A stretch of 64,000 bases of DNA from the IMG/VR virus record IMGVR_UViG_3300008265_000001; one strand, 5' to 3'. The notes beneath the pieces were generated by a model, which had not been told where the DNA came from, made no database searches, and saw nothing but the letters and a program-made list of their open reading frames with translations. Positions 18,604-27,875 of the stretch are shown piece by piece; within the stretch, counting starts at the first letter, position 1, and each line of letters starts with the position of its first letter. A program made the translations under genes and the position numbers. This DNA comes from a virus.

Positions 18604-19011
18604 ATGAGTAAATCAAATACTTACGAAAATGACTTGATGTTATTCACTTTTAATGCTACTGCAATCAGTGGTATTGGTGGTAACTTATTTGTCTCTCTGC
18701 ATAACGCAGATGTTGGTGAAGCTGGTGTTCAAACTACATCAGAAATTTCTTATACAGGTTATGCTCGGATATCTGTACCGAGAGATAATACAGGATGGAC
18801 TGTTGTAGATAATAACGCAGTAAACGCAGCTCAAATTCAATTTGCCAACTGTACAGGAGGAACTGACACTGCTACTCACTGGGCTATTGGGACAGCTTCC
18901 ACAGGCACAGGAAAAGTACTTTATAAGGGCGCATTAAACTCTTCTCTTGCTATCTCACTAAATATTCAACCAATTATCGGTGCTGGCGCTTTAAGCATCA
19001 CAGAGGACTAA
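18604..19011 (+). CDS. hypothetical virion protein (135 aa)
   Basis: Track ORF, coupled to its neighbours. Confidence 0.7.
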   Translation: MSKSNTYENDLMLFTFNATAISGIGGNLFVSLHNADVGEAGVQTTSEISYTGYARISVPRDNTGWTVVDNNAVNAAQIQFANCTGGTDTATHWAIGTASTGTGKVLYKGALNSSLAISLNIQPIIGAGALSITED

Positions 19012-19016
19012 AGTAA

Positions 19017-19919
19017 ATGGGTTTTTCAAGTATCGATGCTCTTGTCAATGCAATTACAGTAAATAATACAATTGCAAAATTAGGTTTTAATAGAACTATT
19101 CAAACTGGCGCAACTTCAGCAGCAGGTAGATGGCATGAATTATTATCCGCAGGTGGTACTGGAGGTCAGATGGTCTTAACTGGTACTGCTGGGATAGGTA
19201 TTTCAAGAAACCGTTCTAGTGTGGGTGCTTTGCCTCTTAATGCGGATGTTGCTACTCTTACTCGTCATTTATTATCAATGACAGCAATTACGCCCTCAGC
19301 AACGGCAGTGCCTTCTTATTTGCTACTTACAGATATTATTCATTTGTATCCGTCACTAGCTTTAACTGGCGCTCCTAGCACTTTATCAAATCACCCAACT
19401 TGGACAGGCACTGGAAACACTCGATTAACCAATGCTAACGGTGTACAAGCTTCACTTATTGTCACAACTGCTACAACTGCTGGTAACGGTCAAATCACCT
19501 TAACTTATACAAATGAAGCTGGTACTTCTGGACGTACTACAGTGGCTCCTACAGGGTCACTTTTTGCTCCTGCTACAGCAACTCCAGTTGGTGCTTGTTA
19601 TGGTCAAACTAATACGGCTGTTACAGTTGGAGGTCTTTTCCATCCAATGCAAGCAGGGGATTTAGGTATTCAATCTGTCCAGTCTTATGTAATCAATACT
19701 GGAGCAACTTCTGGTGTAGGTTGCCTAGTTTTACATCGTCCAATTGCATATATCCCTCTTGTTGCTGCTAACGTAGCTGGCGAACGCGATTTTCTTAACC
19801 AAATTCCAGCTTTACCTAGAATTTATGATGATTCTTGCTTGGGAATGTTTATTCAAGTTGGCGGAGCTTTAACTGCGGGTAGTGTTGTCTTTGGAGAAAT
19901 TCAATATGCTTGGAACTAG
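19017..19919 (+). CDS. hypothetical virion protein (300 aa), possible major capsid or tube protein
   Basis: Only its position in the structural block and its size support this. No motif recognised. Confidence 0.55.
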   Translation: MGFSSIDALVNAITVNNTIAKLGFNRTIQTGATSAAGRWHELLSAGGTGGQMVLTGTAGIGISRNRSSVGALPLNADVATLTRHLLSMTAITPSATAVPSYLLLTDIIHLYPSLALTGAPSTLSNHPTWTGTGNTRLTNANGVQASLIVTTATTAGNGQITLTYTNEAGTSGRTTVAPTGSLFAPATATPVGACYGQTNTAVTVGGLFHPMQAGDLGIQSVQSYVINTGATSGVGCLVLHRPIAYIPLVAANVAGERDFLNQIPALPRIYDDSCLGMFIQVGGALTAGSVVFGEIQYAWN

Positions 19920-20076
19920 TTTAAAAATCCCATTAGCTGCACCGCCTTATAATGAAGGTACTGTAGTAGGTTTTGAAGTTGTTGATGGAAGATTTATTAG
20001 AGTTAACAGTAAACAAGAAGCTCTAGATTTAATTATTGCCCTGCAAACTATAGCAGATAATTGGAATGCTAACTAA
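19906..20076 (+). CDS. small hypothetical protein
   Basis: Track ORF 19882..20076. The internal ATG at 19906 overlaps the stop of the upstream gene. Confidence 0.45.
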   Translation: MLGTSLKIPLAAPPYNEGTVVGFEVVDGRFIRVNSKQEALDLIIALQTIADNWNAN

Positions 20077-22132
20077 TAACGGGATAACTGCTAATGGTAT
20101 TAGATTTCTTGGTGGTGGGGCAGCCTCTACTTCTATAGATTCTCTCAATAGAGTTGGTCGGTCTATGGCTAATAGAGTAGCTTTCAGTAAAACAACCTCA
20201 TTTCCTGTAGGCTATTACGAAAATGCTTTAAAGCGACCATTATCTGTAGGTGAAATTGGTAGCACTTTTAGAACTTTTGGTGCAGCTACAACCTCAAGCT
20301 CTCTTTTTGGTATAGGTTCTGTAGTAGCGACACTTAATCTTGCTGGATTAATTACAAGCACAGGATTTTTAATACGAGGTGTTGTAAAATCTGGTTCTGC
20401 TGCTGGTATTGCTACTTTTGAACCATTAACTTTAGACGGAAAAGGTATTATTGGAGCCACTTTAAATATCGGCTTTAAACCTTCAGCATTTGATATTGCC
20501 CAAGAAGTTTGGGGGGCAATTGCTTCACTTAACAATGTAATTGGAACAATGGGAGAAGTTCTGAACAGTGCGACAGGTGGAGGCGGTGGAGGCGGTGGAG
20601 GCGGTGGAGCTAGTGCATCTAGTATTGCTACTGCTGTTTGGGATAGATTATTATCTGGGCATCAAATATCTGGAAGTGCAGGTAAAGCTTTATCTGATGC
20701 TGGTGGTGGTAGTTCTCCTAGTACTATTGCTGGTGCAGTTAGAACCGAACTTTCTACAGAATTAGGGAGAATTGATGCAACTGTTTCTAGTCGCTTAGCT
20801 TCTGCTGGATACACAGCACCTGATAACGCAACAATATCTACCATAAACACTAAATTAGGGACACCTTCTGTTTCCCTTAGTGCTGACATTGCAACCAGAG
20901 CATCTCAAACTAGTGTTAATTCCATACCAGTCACAACATTACTTTCTTCTGACCTTAGACTTAATAATCTCGATGCTGCAATAAGCAGCCGATTACCCAC
21001 CGCAAGTTATTCTGCACCTATATCTGCCTCTACTATTTCATCTCAAGTAAGGACGGAGCTTTCCACAGAGTTGGCACGAATTGATGTAGCTATCTCAAGC
21101 AGAAATGCAACTACTCCGCCTACAGTTTCTCAAATTAGAACAGAACTTGATACCAACTCTACTAAGTTAGATGTTGCAGTCAGCACAAGACTAGCTGGAG
21201 TTACCTATACAATACCTCCAACAGCTTCTCAAGTTGCCACGCAAGTTCGTACCGAATTAACAACTGAACTTGGAAGAATTGACGCAGCAATTTCCACTCG
21301 CTTATCTTCTGCTGGATATACTTCTCCAGATAATACAACAATTGAAACTATAAATACAAAAATAGGTACTCCATCTATTTCTTTATCTGATGACATAGCT
21401 ACTAGAGCATCACAAACAACTTTAGATGCAATACCAACTAATACGTTGTTATCGAATGATTCTAGACTTAATAATCTTGATGCAACTATATCTAGCAGAT
21501 TGGCAACAACAGGATACTCTGCCCCAGTTTCTGCTGGTACATTAGCTTCCCAAGTAAGAACTGAACTTTCTGTAGAACTTTCAAGAATAGATGTTGCAAC
21601 TTCAAGTCGATTAGCAAGTGTTTCTTATACAATCCCCCCTACCGTAGCCGCTATTCGTTCGGAAATTGACACTAATTCAACAAAACTAGATGTAGCAATA
21701 AGCACACGCTTAGCTTTTGGGGCTTATAGCACACCTCCTACAGCTTCAGTTATTGCTGGTCAAGTCCGAACTGAACTTGCTACAGAATTATCTAGGATTG
21801 ATGTTCCAACTTCAACTAGACTTGCATCAGCTAATTACACAATACCAAATAATTCTGGTATTGCATCTATTCTTGAAGATACCAATGAATTACAAAATAA
21901 TCAAAATCAATGGATAACTGCGACAGGTTTTGCTACACCAACTAATGTAAGCAATGCTCAAACAGCTATAATAAGTGAGATTAATACTAACGAAACTAAA
22001 TTAGATAGTATTAAGGCTAAAACAGACATTTTAGTTAATACAGATTTATCAAGTATAGAAGCTGATTTAGTTATTATTAATGAAGGTGTTAAAAAAGCTA
22101 GTCTACTTGTACCACACTCAGAGGATTTATAA
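20066..22132 (+). CDS. fibre/whisker-like virion protein built from tandem repeats, with an 11-Gly run
   Basis: The ~30-aa unit VRTEL..EL.RID...S.RLA...Y..P is repeated many times and organised into two ~168-aa super-repeats. Confidence 0.8.
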   Translation: MLTNNGITANGIRFLGGGAASTSIDSLNRVGRSMANRVAFSKTTSFPVGYYENALKRPLSVGEIGSTFRTFGAATTSSSLFGIGSVVATLNLAGLITSTGFLIRGVVKSGSAAGIATFEPLTLDGKGIIGATLNIGFKPSAFDIAQEVWGAIASLNNVIGTMGEVLNSATGGGGGGGGGGGASASSIATAVWDRLLSGHQISGSAGKALSDAGGGSSPSTIAGAVRTELSTELGRIDATVSSRLASAGYTAPDNATISTINTKLGTPSVSLSADIATRASQTSVNSIPVTTLLSSDLRLNNLDAAISSRLPTASYSAPISASTISSQVRTELSTELARIDVAISSRNATTPPTVSQIRTELDTNSTKLDVAVSTRLAGVTYTIPPTASQVATQVRTELTTELGRIDAAISTRLSSAGYTSPDNTTIETINTKIGTPSISLSDDIATRASQTTLDAIPTNTLLSNDSRLNNLDATISSRLATTGYSAPVSAGTLASQVRTELSVELSRIDVATSSRLASVSYTIPPTVAAIRSEIDTNSTKLDVAISTRLAFGAYSTPPTASVIAGQVRTELATELSRIDVPTSTRLASANYTIPNNSGIASILEDTNELQNNQNQWITATGFATPTNVSNAQTAIISEINTNETKLDSIKAKTDILVNTDLSSIEADLVIINEGVKKASLLVPHSEDL
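20576..20608 (+). repeat. perfect 9-nt tandem repeat (GGTGGAGGC) x3.7 encoding Gly11
   Basis: Read directly: ggtggaggc ggtggaggc ggtggaggc ggtgga. Confidence 0.9.
20737..21850 (+). repeat. in-frame tandem duplication, ~504-nt unit x2 plus a partial third
   Basis: Units start near 20737, 21241 and 21760. The protein segments AVRTELSTELGRIDATVSSRLASAGYTAPDNATISTINTKLGTPSVSLSADIATRASQ and QVRTELTTELGRIDAAISTRLSSAGYTSPDNTTIETINTKIGTPSISLSDDIATRASQ align. Confidence 0.85.
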
Positions 22133-22483
22133 TTGGATACTTTTCAGAAGTCGATTTTAGGTGGTAGCACAAATGGTTTGCCAATAGCCATCAATGCTAC
22201 TACTTCAGGTAGTGCCAACACTATACACACTGCGGGGTCTACTGATATTCATGAACTCTGGGTATCGGCATTTAACTATTCTAATATTGACCAAACTTTA
22301 TATGTGTTAATAGGAGGTTCGAGCGCCTCTCAAATATTCTCACAAGTAATTCCAGCAGGTCGTGGACTAGTGCCAATTCTTTCTGGAGTCACAGTAACTG
22401 GGAGTTTAGTAATTAAGGCTTACGCTTCGCTTACTGCTTCGATTAGTGTAGTTGGTTTTGCTAATGTCATTGTAACGGTATAA
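22133..22483 (+). CDS. hypothetical virion protein (116 aa, TTG start)
   Basis: Track ORF starting directly after the previous stop. Confidence 0.6.
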   Translation: MDTFQKSILGGSTNGLPIAINATTSGSANTIHTAGSTDIHELWVSAFNYSNIDQTLYVLIGGSSASQIFSQVIPAGRGLVPILSGVTVTGSLVIKAYASLTASISVVGFANVIVTV

Positions 22484-22485
22484 CG

Positions 22486-25400
22486 ATGCACCCACGCTTT
22501 ACTTTTGCCCCTGAGCCACTCCAACTCACAGAATCAGAGCAGAATTACCTTCCTACTCTTCTAGACGTATATGACAGCAGCACGACCGCTTACTCCGCAT
22601 CCTCTACAAGCTACTCAGCCGTAACAAACAAGTACGATTTTTCCTTTTTTGGGCAATTTTATCCCTCTGGAGTTATAAATCAAACTTTATTCACTGTAGG
22701 GGATATTTTCTACTTTGCAATCGTATCTGGTGTGCTAGTAATTAAGCGTCAGATAGCTTCGGGCATCTTCGAGACTGTATCCAGTGGTCTTACTATAAAC
22801 GATGCCTCTTGGTCGCTGCTGCGCGTTGTCAGAAAGGGAAGTGTGCTGAGTATTAAGGTGAATGAGTCGTCGGCTACCCTCACCTTCAACTACAAGATTC
22901 AGTCTGGCACTTTTAAGATTGGCAACTTTACTGGTGATGTTAAAAATATCGGCTACAAGTCTGTGGCATTACCTTGGCTTTTATCAATAAGTGCAGATGT
23001 TTTCGCTAGCGCGTTGACGGCTTACAGACCGAGCAACAACCAAATCTGCTATTTAAAATATGCTGATGAAATTGGCAACTTCACAAAACTCATAGACACA
23101 ACTACAAATGACTACAAAACACAGACAAAGCTAGTAACGCCAAATTCCCTTGCCATACAAAGCGCCCGACCTCTCACATCAAGTTTTACAGTCGAGCTAC
23201 GTTTTTTATCGGCTAACATCGGCGCAAATGTAGAACTACTAAGCTACTGGGACTCGCCCAACCTCAGTTTTTTTGTAAGGAAACTAGACAATCTACTGAA
23301 ATTTGGCAGACTCAACTCAAATGCCATTAATCTGCAAGACATTGGCAGTTTTGACCCTTCCAACGAGGTTCAGGTACTGAAGCTGGAGTTTAACCAGTTT
23401 GCAGTCAAAGTATGGCTCAATGGCTTACTAAAGCTTACTACGACGCTGCAAATAAAAATACCGAGCTACAAGTTCTGGTTTAATTCAAGTAAATATCAAG
23501 CGCCTACAGGAAACTTTAGCCTAATTTCTTTTTCTGCCTATGAGCGCATAGCGAATCTTGACCAATATTTTCCTCAAGTCGCTACGCTCCTTCCTCAATC
23601 CAAGGTCGAGCAGTTTTACCCAATTAATTTCAGGAACAAAACGTCTTCAACTTTTCAGGGGATTTTTTCTAGGCGAATTTTTTCTGTCGCTGGAAGCTCA
23701 GCCGTCGCCCCTAACTCAACAACTACTTATACAATCACCCAAACTGGCAGCTACTCAGATTCCACAGTGTACTTTTTACACTTACTAATACCTGATAATT
23801 CCGACTGGCAAGTAAATGAAGCGACTCTAAATGTTAGTACTGTGTCTGTAGCACCTAATTCACTAACAGCTACTTTCCAGTTAGTTCTTAGTAATTTTGC
23901 AGTACGACCAGCCCGAACTCCAATCACTATAAGGGTTTCAAACGGCACTTACTATCAAGACTACGAAGTAAGTCTCAATGAATCACGTACTTTTGGCATC
24001 ACAAACATTTCTGGCTATCTTGATGGCTACTTTGCTAAATCGAGCATCACAAGCGGCACAATACCTAATCTCACCGCAACAGCCAATGCAACAACAAGCT
24101 CAACACTAGAAACTTCGCTTTTATACGGCAAGACCTACAACATCGCAAGCTCAGGGCAGAAAATAAATCTGGCAGCTTCTATTGCAGGAGTTCGCACCTT
24201 GTTTTTTGTATATCGAGAGTTGGCGGCTAAGTCGTATCGCAAATATGTTGGCTCAAGTTCTGGTTACACATTTAATGGCGGCTCTGGTACTCAACTGGTC
24301 GGCTCACTTCAGTTTACGTCTGGTGATTTTGTAAAAGTGTCTACGCAGTCTGGTCGCTTCAGTAAAGTTGCAATTTCGGAAGATGAAAGTAATTTAGTTT
24401 ACATTGACGACTTGGCGAACACAGTCAAAGTAGTGCGGCGAATCACTGGAGTTTGGGCATTTGGCTCGGCAGTAACTTTGCCTTTGACTTCTGGTGATGC
24501 GGCTGCTCTAGCTAATGCTTCACTGCAAATAAACAGCACTGGCGACTTGATTTGTATCGGTGTCAAGAATAGCAACTTGGGTGAAGGGCGCGTACTTCAC
24601 TTCACTCGAACTGGTGTCGCTACATGGACATCGAGCCTCAATTTAGGGCAAACTAGCCCAGTACCTTACGTGGATGGTTTTGGTCTTTCAGCTTTTGTAA
24701 AAGATGACAATACAGCACTTTTAGCTTCAGTCCAAGGAAGCAATCATATATATAAATTTACTTCTTCTGCTGGAATCTACAACACGACCCCCAGTAACGT
24801 CTTCAACTTTTTAGGGAAAAAAATTCTGGGCAATTTTGATTTGTCGCGATGGGCGGCGATGGACAACTCAGGTAATGTTCGGGTTTTCGACTCAGACGCA
24901 CTTACACAAACGATTACAGGCGCAGATTTGGATTTTGCGCTGAAGGATGATTACTTGGCGACCGCTAATTTCTCTGGTGAGGTGAAAATTTGGAAATACG
25001 AAACTGGCGCTTGGACAGTCATCAAGACCATCACAAGCTCAACTACCAACTTTGGATACTCACTATCCTTTAACGCCAGCTATGACCTGCTAGTGGGAAG
25101 CCCGAACGAAAGTACCTCTTTTCTGTACCTCTTTTCTGGCAACTGGGCTACACCGACTACGTTTGCCAGTACTGGGCTATATGGCTATGCGAATGCTCTA
25201 ACGGCTGATAGTGTTCTGATAAGCAACTACACAGACCAATTGGAGTTCTACAGTAGCGATGGAGCAAGTATTCCTCAAATAATTACAGATGTGCGACAAA
25301 AAAAAGCATCTGTAGCACTCACAAGTAATGTGGATAGCACAGACGCTCAGGTATTGGTATTTAGTTCAAGCAGTGGGCTGACGATTGATTCAATAGCATC

Positions 25401-25527
25401 AGACATAAACGGATTGTGGTTAGGCTGCTTGCTTTATAATAGACAGCTTACTACGGCTGAGATTCAGGGAATCGAACAAAACATTGAAGAGTATCTTGGG
25501 CTGGCGGAGAGGTCACTTTACGTTTAA
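22486..25527 (+). CDS. large virion protein (1013 aa) with LamG-like regions
   Basis: WSLLRVVRKGSVLSIKVNES near the N-terminus and LWLGCLLYNRQLTTAEIQGIEQ at the C-terminus are LamG-type patterns. Confidence 0.75.
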   Translation: MHPRFTFAPEPLQLTESEQNYLPTLLDVYDSSTTAYSASSTSYSAVTNKYDFSFFGQFYPSGVINQTLFTVGDIFYFAIVSGVLVIKRQIASGIFETVSSGLTINDASWSLLRVVRKGSVLSIKVNESSATLTFNYKIQSGTFKIGNFTGDVKNIGYKSVALPWLLSISADVFASALTAYRPSNNQICYLKYADEIGNFTKLIDTTTNDYKTQTKLVTPNSLAIQSARPLTSSFTVELRFLSANIGANVELLSYWDSPNLSFFVRKLDNLLKFGRLNSNAINLQDIGSFDPSNEVQVLKLEFNQFAVKVWLNGLLKLTTTLQIKIPSYKFWFNSSKYQAPTGNFSLISFSAYERIANLDQYFPQVATLLPQSKVEQFYPINFRNKTSSTFQGIFSRRIFSVAGSSAVAPNSTTTYTITQTGSYSDSTVYFLHLLIPDNSDWQVNEATLNVSTVSVAPNSLTATFQLVLSNFAVRPARTPITIRVSNGTYYQDYEVSLNESRTFGITNISGYLDGYFAKSSITSGTIPNLTATANATTSSTLETSLLYGKTYNIASSGQKINLAASIAGVRTLFFVYRELAAKSYRKYVGSSSGYTFNGGSGTQLVGSLQFTSGDFVKVSTQSGRFSKVAISEDESNLVYIDDLANTVKVVRRITGVWAFGSAVTLPLTSGDAAALANASLQINSTGDLICIGVKNSNLGEGRVLHFTRTGVATWTSSLNLGQTSPVPYVDGFGLSAFVKDDNTALLASVQGSNHIYKFTSSAGIYNTTPSNVFNFLGKKILGNFDLSRWAAMDNSGNVRVFDSDALTQTITGADLDFALKDDYLATANFSGEVKIWKYETGAWTVIKTITSSTTNFGYSLSFNASYDLLVGSPNESTSFLYLFSGNWATPTTFASTGLYGYANALTADSVLISNYTDQLEFYSSDGASIPQIITDVRQKKASVALTSNVDSTDAQVLVFSSSSGLTIDSIASDINGLWLGCLLYNRQLTTAEIQGIEQNIEEYLGLAERSLYV

Positions 25528-25988
25528 ACTTCTTCACCTACCCTGAAGGCTGATTCGTAAATATCTTTGAGTAACTCCTCATTAAACTTATCTTTGTCGT
25601 CAAAGTATTGGTCGAGAGAGGTGTTTATTTCTTCGATGATGCTGGAATGCCATTTGTCAAGAGTTTTATAATCTGTATTAGCATCGAAAGCTAATCTCTG
25701 TACGCGAACACCCTCACCGAAAATTTTCTCAAAGTGTATATCACCAATTGTCGTTTCTGTTGTAGGGAAGGAGATTAAATAGAGTGTTTTGAGTGGGTTG
25801 ACGTTCTCGCCTGTCTTAAGGTACTTAAACAGCTTGTCTACATACTCTCTTTCTGCGGGTAAGTCTATAACAATGTTACGGTTGTGAGCAAATAGTGAGA
25901 TACTTCCAGACTCGTAAACTTCAAGACGGATTGGAAAGTCTTGTTGTGAGACGATTTCTTCGATTTCAGATTGTGTTGTAAGTGTCAT
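25524..25988 (-). CDS. hypothetical protein (154 aa)
   Basis: Track ORF, convergent with and overlapping the end of 22486..25527. Confidence 0.65.
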   Translation of the reverse strand: MTLTTQSEIEEIVSQQDFPIRLEVYESGSISLFAHNRNIVIDLPAEREYVDKLFKYLKTGENVNPLKTLYLISFPTTETTIGDIHFEKIFGEGVRVQRLAFDANTDYKTLDKWHSSIIEEINTSLDQYFDDKDKFNEELLKDIYESAFRVGEEV

Positions 25989-26123
25989 GTTTTTAGTTGT
26001 GTGTATGTTGCAATGTAGTAAATAGTCATTTGCGTATAAAGTATGTCGAGAGAAATCCCAAAGTTAAAGGTAGGACTATATTAAATAGTAACCACCAAAA
26101 AAGTAATCCAGATTCAATATTAG

Positions 26124-26408
26124 TCATTTACTGTACCAAAAGCTCCCATTAATTTGCCACCAGATGAATCTCAGGCTAAAGTAAGTGTAATCTTCCTTCA
26201 TGTATTGATTATTGATGAACCGAGTTGCAATGTAGAACTGGAACAGAGGAATGAAGATTACTCCTCCAAGCTTCCAAGGCTTTTCCCAGATGACACTTCG
26301 CTCGACTCCATCACGACATTTGTGTTTGCCGCGAATGAAGTTAACGGGGAAGATTGTTACGAATCGATGTTTGATGCGAGGGTCGTTTTTTGCTAGACCA
26401 TTATACAT
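26124..26408 (-). CDS. hypothetical protein (94 aa)
   Basis: Chosen over the overlapping plus-strand ORFs because the flanking genes are on the minus strand and 26410..26889 ends 2 nt upstream. Confidence 0.4.
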   Translation of the reverse strand: MYNGLAKNDPRIKHRFVTIFPVNFIRGKHKCRDGVERSVIWEKPWKLGGVIFIPLFQFYIATRFINNQYMKEDYTYFSLRFIWWQINGSFWYSK

Positions 26409-26409
26409 A

Positions 26410-26889
26410 TTACACCTTAATTGCTACTTCATAGGTCGCTTCAGGCTCAGGCAGTGCCGCAACACGTTGTTTGAAGTCGAACTCCATGAACTCAATCTCT
26501 TCGTTGGTTTGGAGCGCTGCAATCTTTTGTTGGAATAGTTCAATCTGTTTTTGCAACTTTTGAACTTCGCCTTCATTAGCTGCAATCAAATCAGTTCTAG
26601 CCCCATCAATGTTGTTTGCCAGTTCAAGTAGCTCGTCGGTTAGCACGATTTTGCCAGCCTTGCGCTTGACTTGAATGCTCGATTTGCCCAGCTTCGCGAT
26701 TGTGCCAGTTTTCGCTACGTCAAAGCGTTTTGTGAAGAGTTCTGTCACTTTTACCTTTACGTCTTTCAACTCGGCTTGGACGCTCTTTTCTTGGCTGCTG
26801 AGATTGATTGCAGAAAGGAGTAACTCGTTCTCTTCTGGTGAAAGTTCGGTGGTGGCGTTAGATACAGCGAGAATTTGTGGTGCAGTCAT
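26410..26889 (-). CDS. hypothetical coiled-coil protein (159 aa)
   Basis: Track ORF with a heptad-like charged sequence. Confidence 0.65.
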   Translation of the reverse strand: MTAPQILAVSNATTELSPEENELLLSAINLSSQEKSVQAELKDVKVKVTELFTKRFDVAKTGTIAKLGKSSIQVKRKAGKIVLTDELLELANNIDGARTDLIAANEGEVQKLQKQIELFQQKIAALQTNEEIEFMEFDFKQRVAALPEPEATYEVAIKV

Positions 26890-26892
26890 GTG

Positions 26893-26985
26893 TTAGTTAC
26901 CAAAGTAAAGTTTAAGTGCAATGTAGCAAAGGAATGCAGGAATACCGAGTGCCAATGTAAGTGGCAAGATTAGGTGAAGGAACAT
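26893..26985 (-). CDS. small membrane protein (30 aa)
   Basis: Hand-translated as MFLHLILPLTLALGIPAFLCYIALKLYFGN. Confidence 0.35.
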   Translation of the reverse strand: MFLHLILPLTLALGIPAFLCYIALKLYFGN

Positions 26986-26986
26986 A

Positions 26987-27133
26987 TTATTTTTTGCGTC
27001 CTCGCAACGATTGAATATATCCCAACAATACTTCAAAAGCTACAGATAAAAGTAGTAATATCGTCAGGACTAAAAACAAAGATATTGCACTTAGTAAGAG
27101 AAAGGTGCATAGAGCAGTTAGTGTTTCAATCAT
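26987..27133 (-). CDS. small membrane protein (48 aa)
   Basis: Hand-translated as MIETLTALCTFLLLSAISLFLVLTILLLLSVAFEVLLGYIQSLRGRKK. Confidence 0.4.
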   Translation of the reverse strand: MIETLTALCTFLLLSAISLFLVLTILLLLSVAFEVLLGYIQSLRGRKK

Positions 27134-27237
27134 AATAATTTAATAGTAAACGTCAGTTCTATTGTCTGCATCCATCTTTAGATACATTTGTTTTATATGT
27201 TATGGTGGTTTACGAACTTAAGTAAAGGAATCACGAT

Positions 27238-27594
27238 TTGCTTATCAAAACATTATCGGCAGCAAGTTTGGCACTACTAGCAACAGTCTCAAACCCTGCA
27301 AACGCCCTAGCTGAATGCTTCAACGCCACTGCAACTTATTACTCGGATTACTACGAAGGTAGGCAAACCGCAAACGGCGAAACGTTCAGTAATTCAGGCT
27401 ATACAGCCGCAATAGCAGACTGGAGGAGTTTCGGTAGCTACAGAGTCACAAACGAGCGTACAGGAGCATCTGTGGAGGTCTACGCGAATGATAGAGGTGA
27501 CTTTGGAGATAATATCGATTTGTCACAAGCTGCATTTGATGCTATTGGGAATTTAGACAGTGGAGTGTTAGATGTACAGGTCTGTAGGCTTTAG
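27238..27594 (+). CDS. secreted RlpA-like (DPBB) domain protein, candidate cell-wall-acting enzyme
   Basis: Signal-peptide-like N-terminus (LALLATVSNPANA), then ATYYSDYYEGRQTANGETFSNSGYTAA, which matches the RlpA-type motif. TTG start with AAGGA upstream. Confidence 0.75.
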   Translation: MLIKTLSAASLALLATVSNPANALAECFNATATYYSDYYEGRQTANGETFSNSGYTAAIADWRSFGSYRVTNERTGASVEVYANDRGDFGDNIDLSQAAFDAIGNLDSGVLDVQVCRL

Positions 27595-27875
27595 CTAAGC
27601 AATTGCCTCAGAGCTTCTTCATGTTTTGGGGCGAAGTAAATAGATTCTCCGTAAGTGGAGTCTTCTGGCTCAACATCAGCAAAAATATAGAAAAGATAAA
27701 GTAAATTCATGTAAGGCTCCCCAATATTAGTCTGGCAAATCCTTTGAGGAATAATTTGGCGTACAACACCTTCACTGATGAGGTATACCTTATTTTCGAT
27801 TTTGAATACAGATTGGTGGTTATCGAAGCGGAGTGTGGGATGAGAACGGAAGTTCGTGAGTACTTTGTTGTTCAT
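27591..27875 (-). CDS. hypothetical protein (94 aa)
   Basis: Track ORF. Confidence 0.6.
   Translation of the reverse strand: MNNKVLTNFRSHPTLRFDNHQSVFKIENKVYLISEGVVRQIIPQRICQTNIGEPYMNLLYLFYIFADVEPEDSTYGESIYFAPKHEEALRQLLS

Noticed and set aside
20737-21850. Regularly spaced repeats that could at first glance suggest a repeat-spacer array.
   Set aside because: The repeats are in-frame coding repeats of one long ORF, with ~90-nt sub-units and ~504-nt super-units that diverge at synonymous and conservative positions. No CRISPR-like short identical repeats with unique spacers occur anywhere in the window.
26154-26538. Plus-strand ORFs 26154..26396 and 26251..26538.
   Set aside because: They overlap minus-strand ORFs that fit the surrounding minus-strand operon with tight gene junctions, and no start context supports them.
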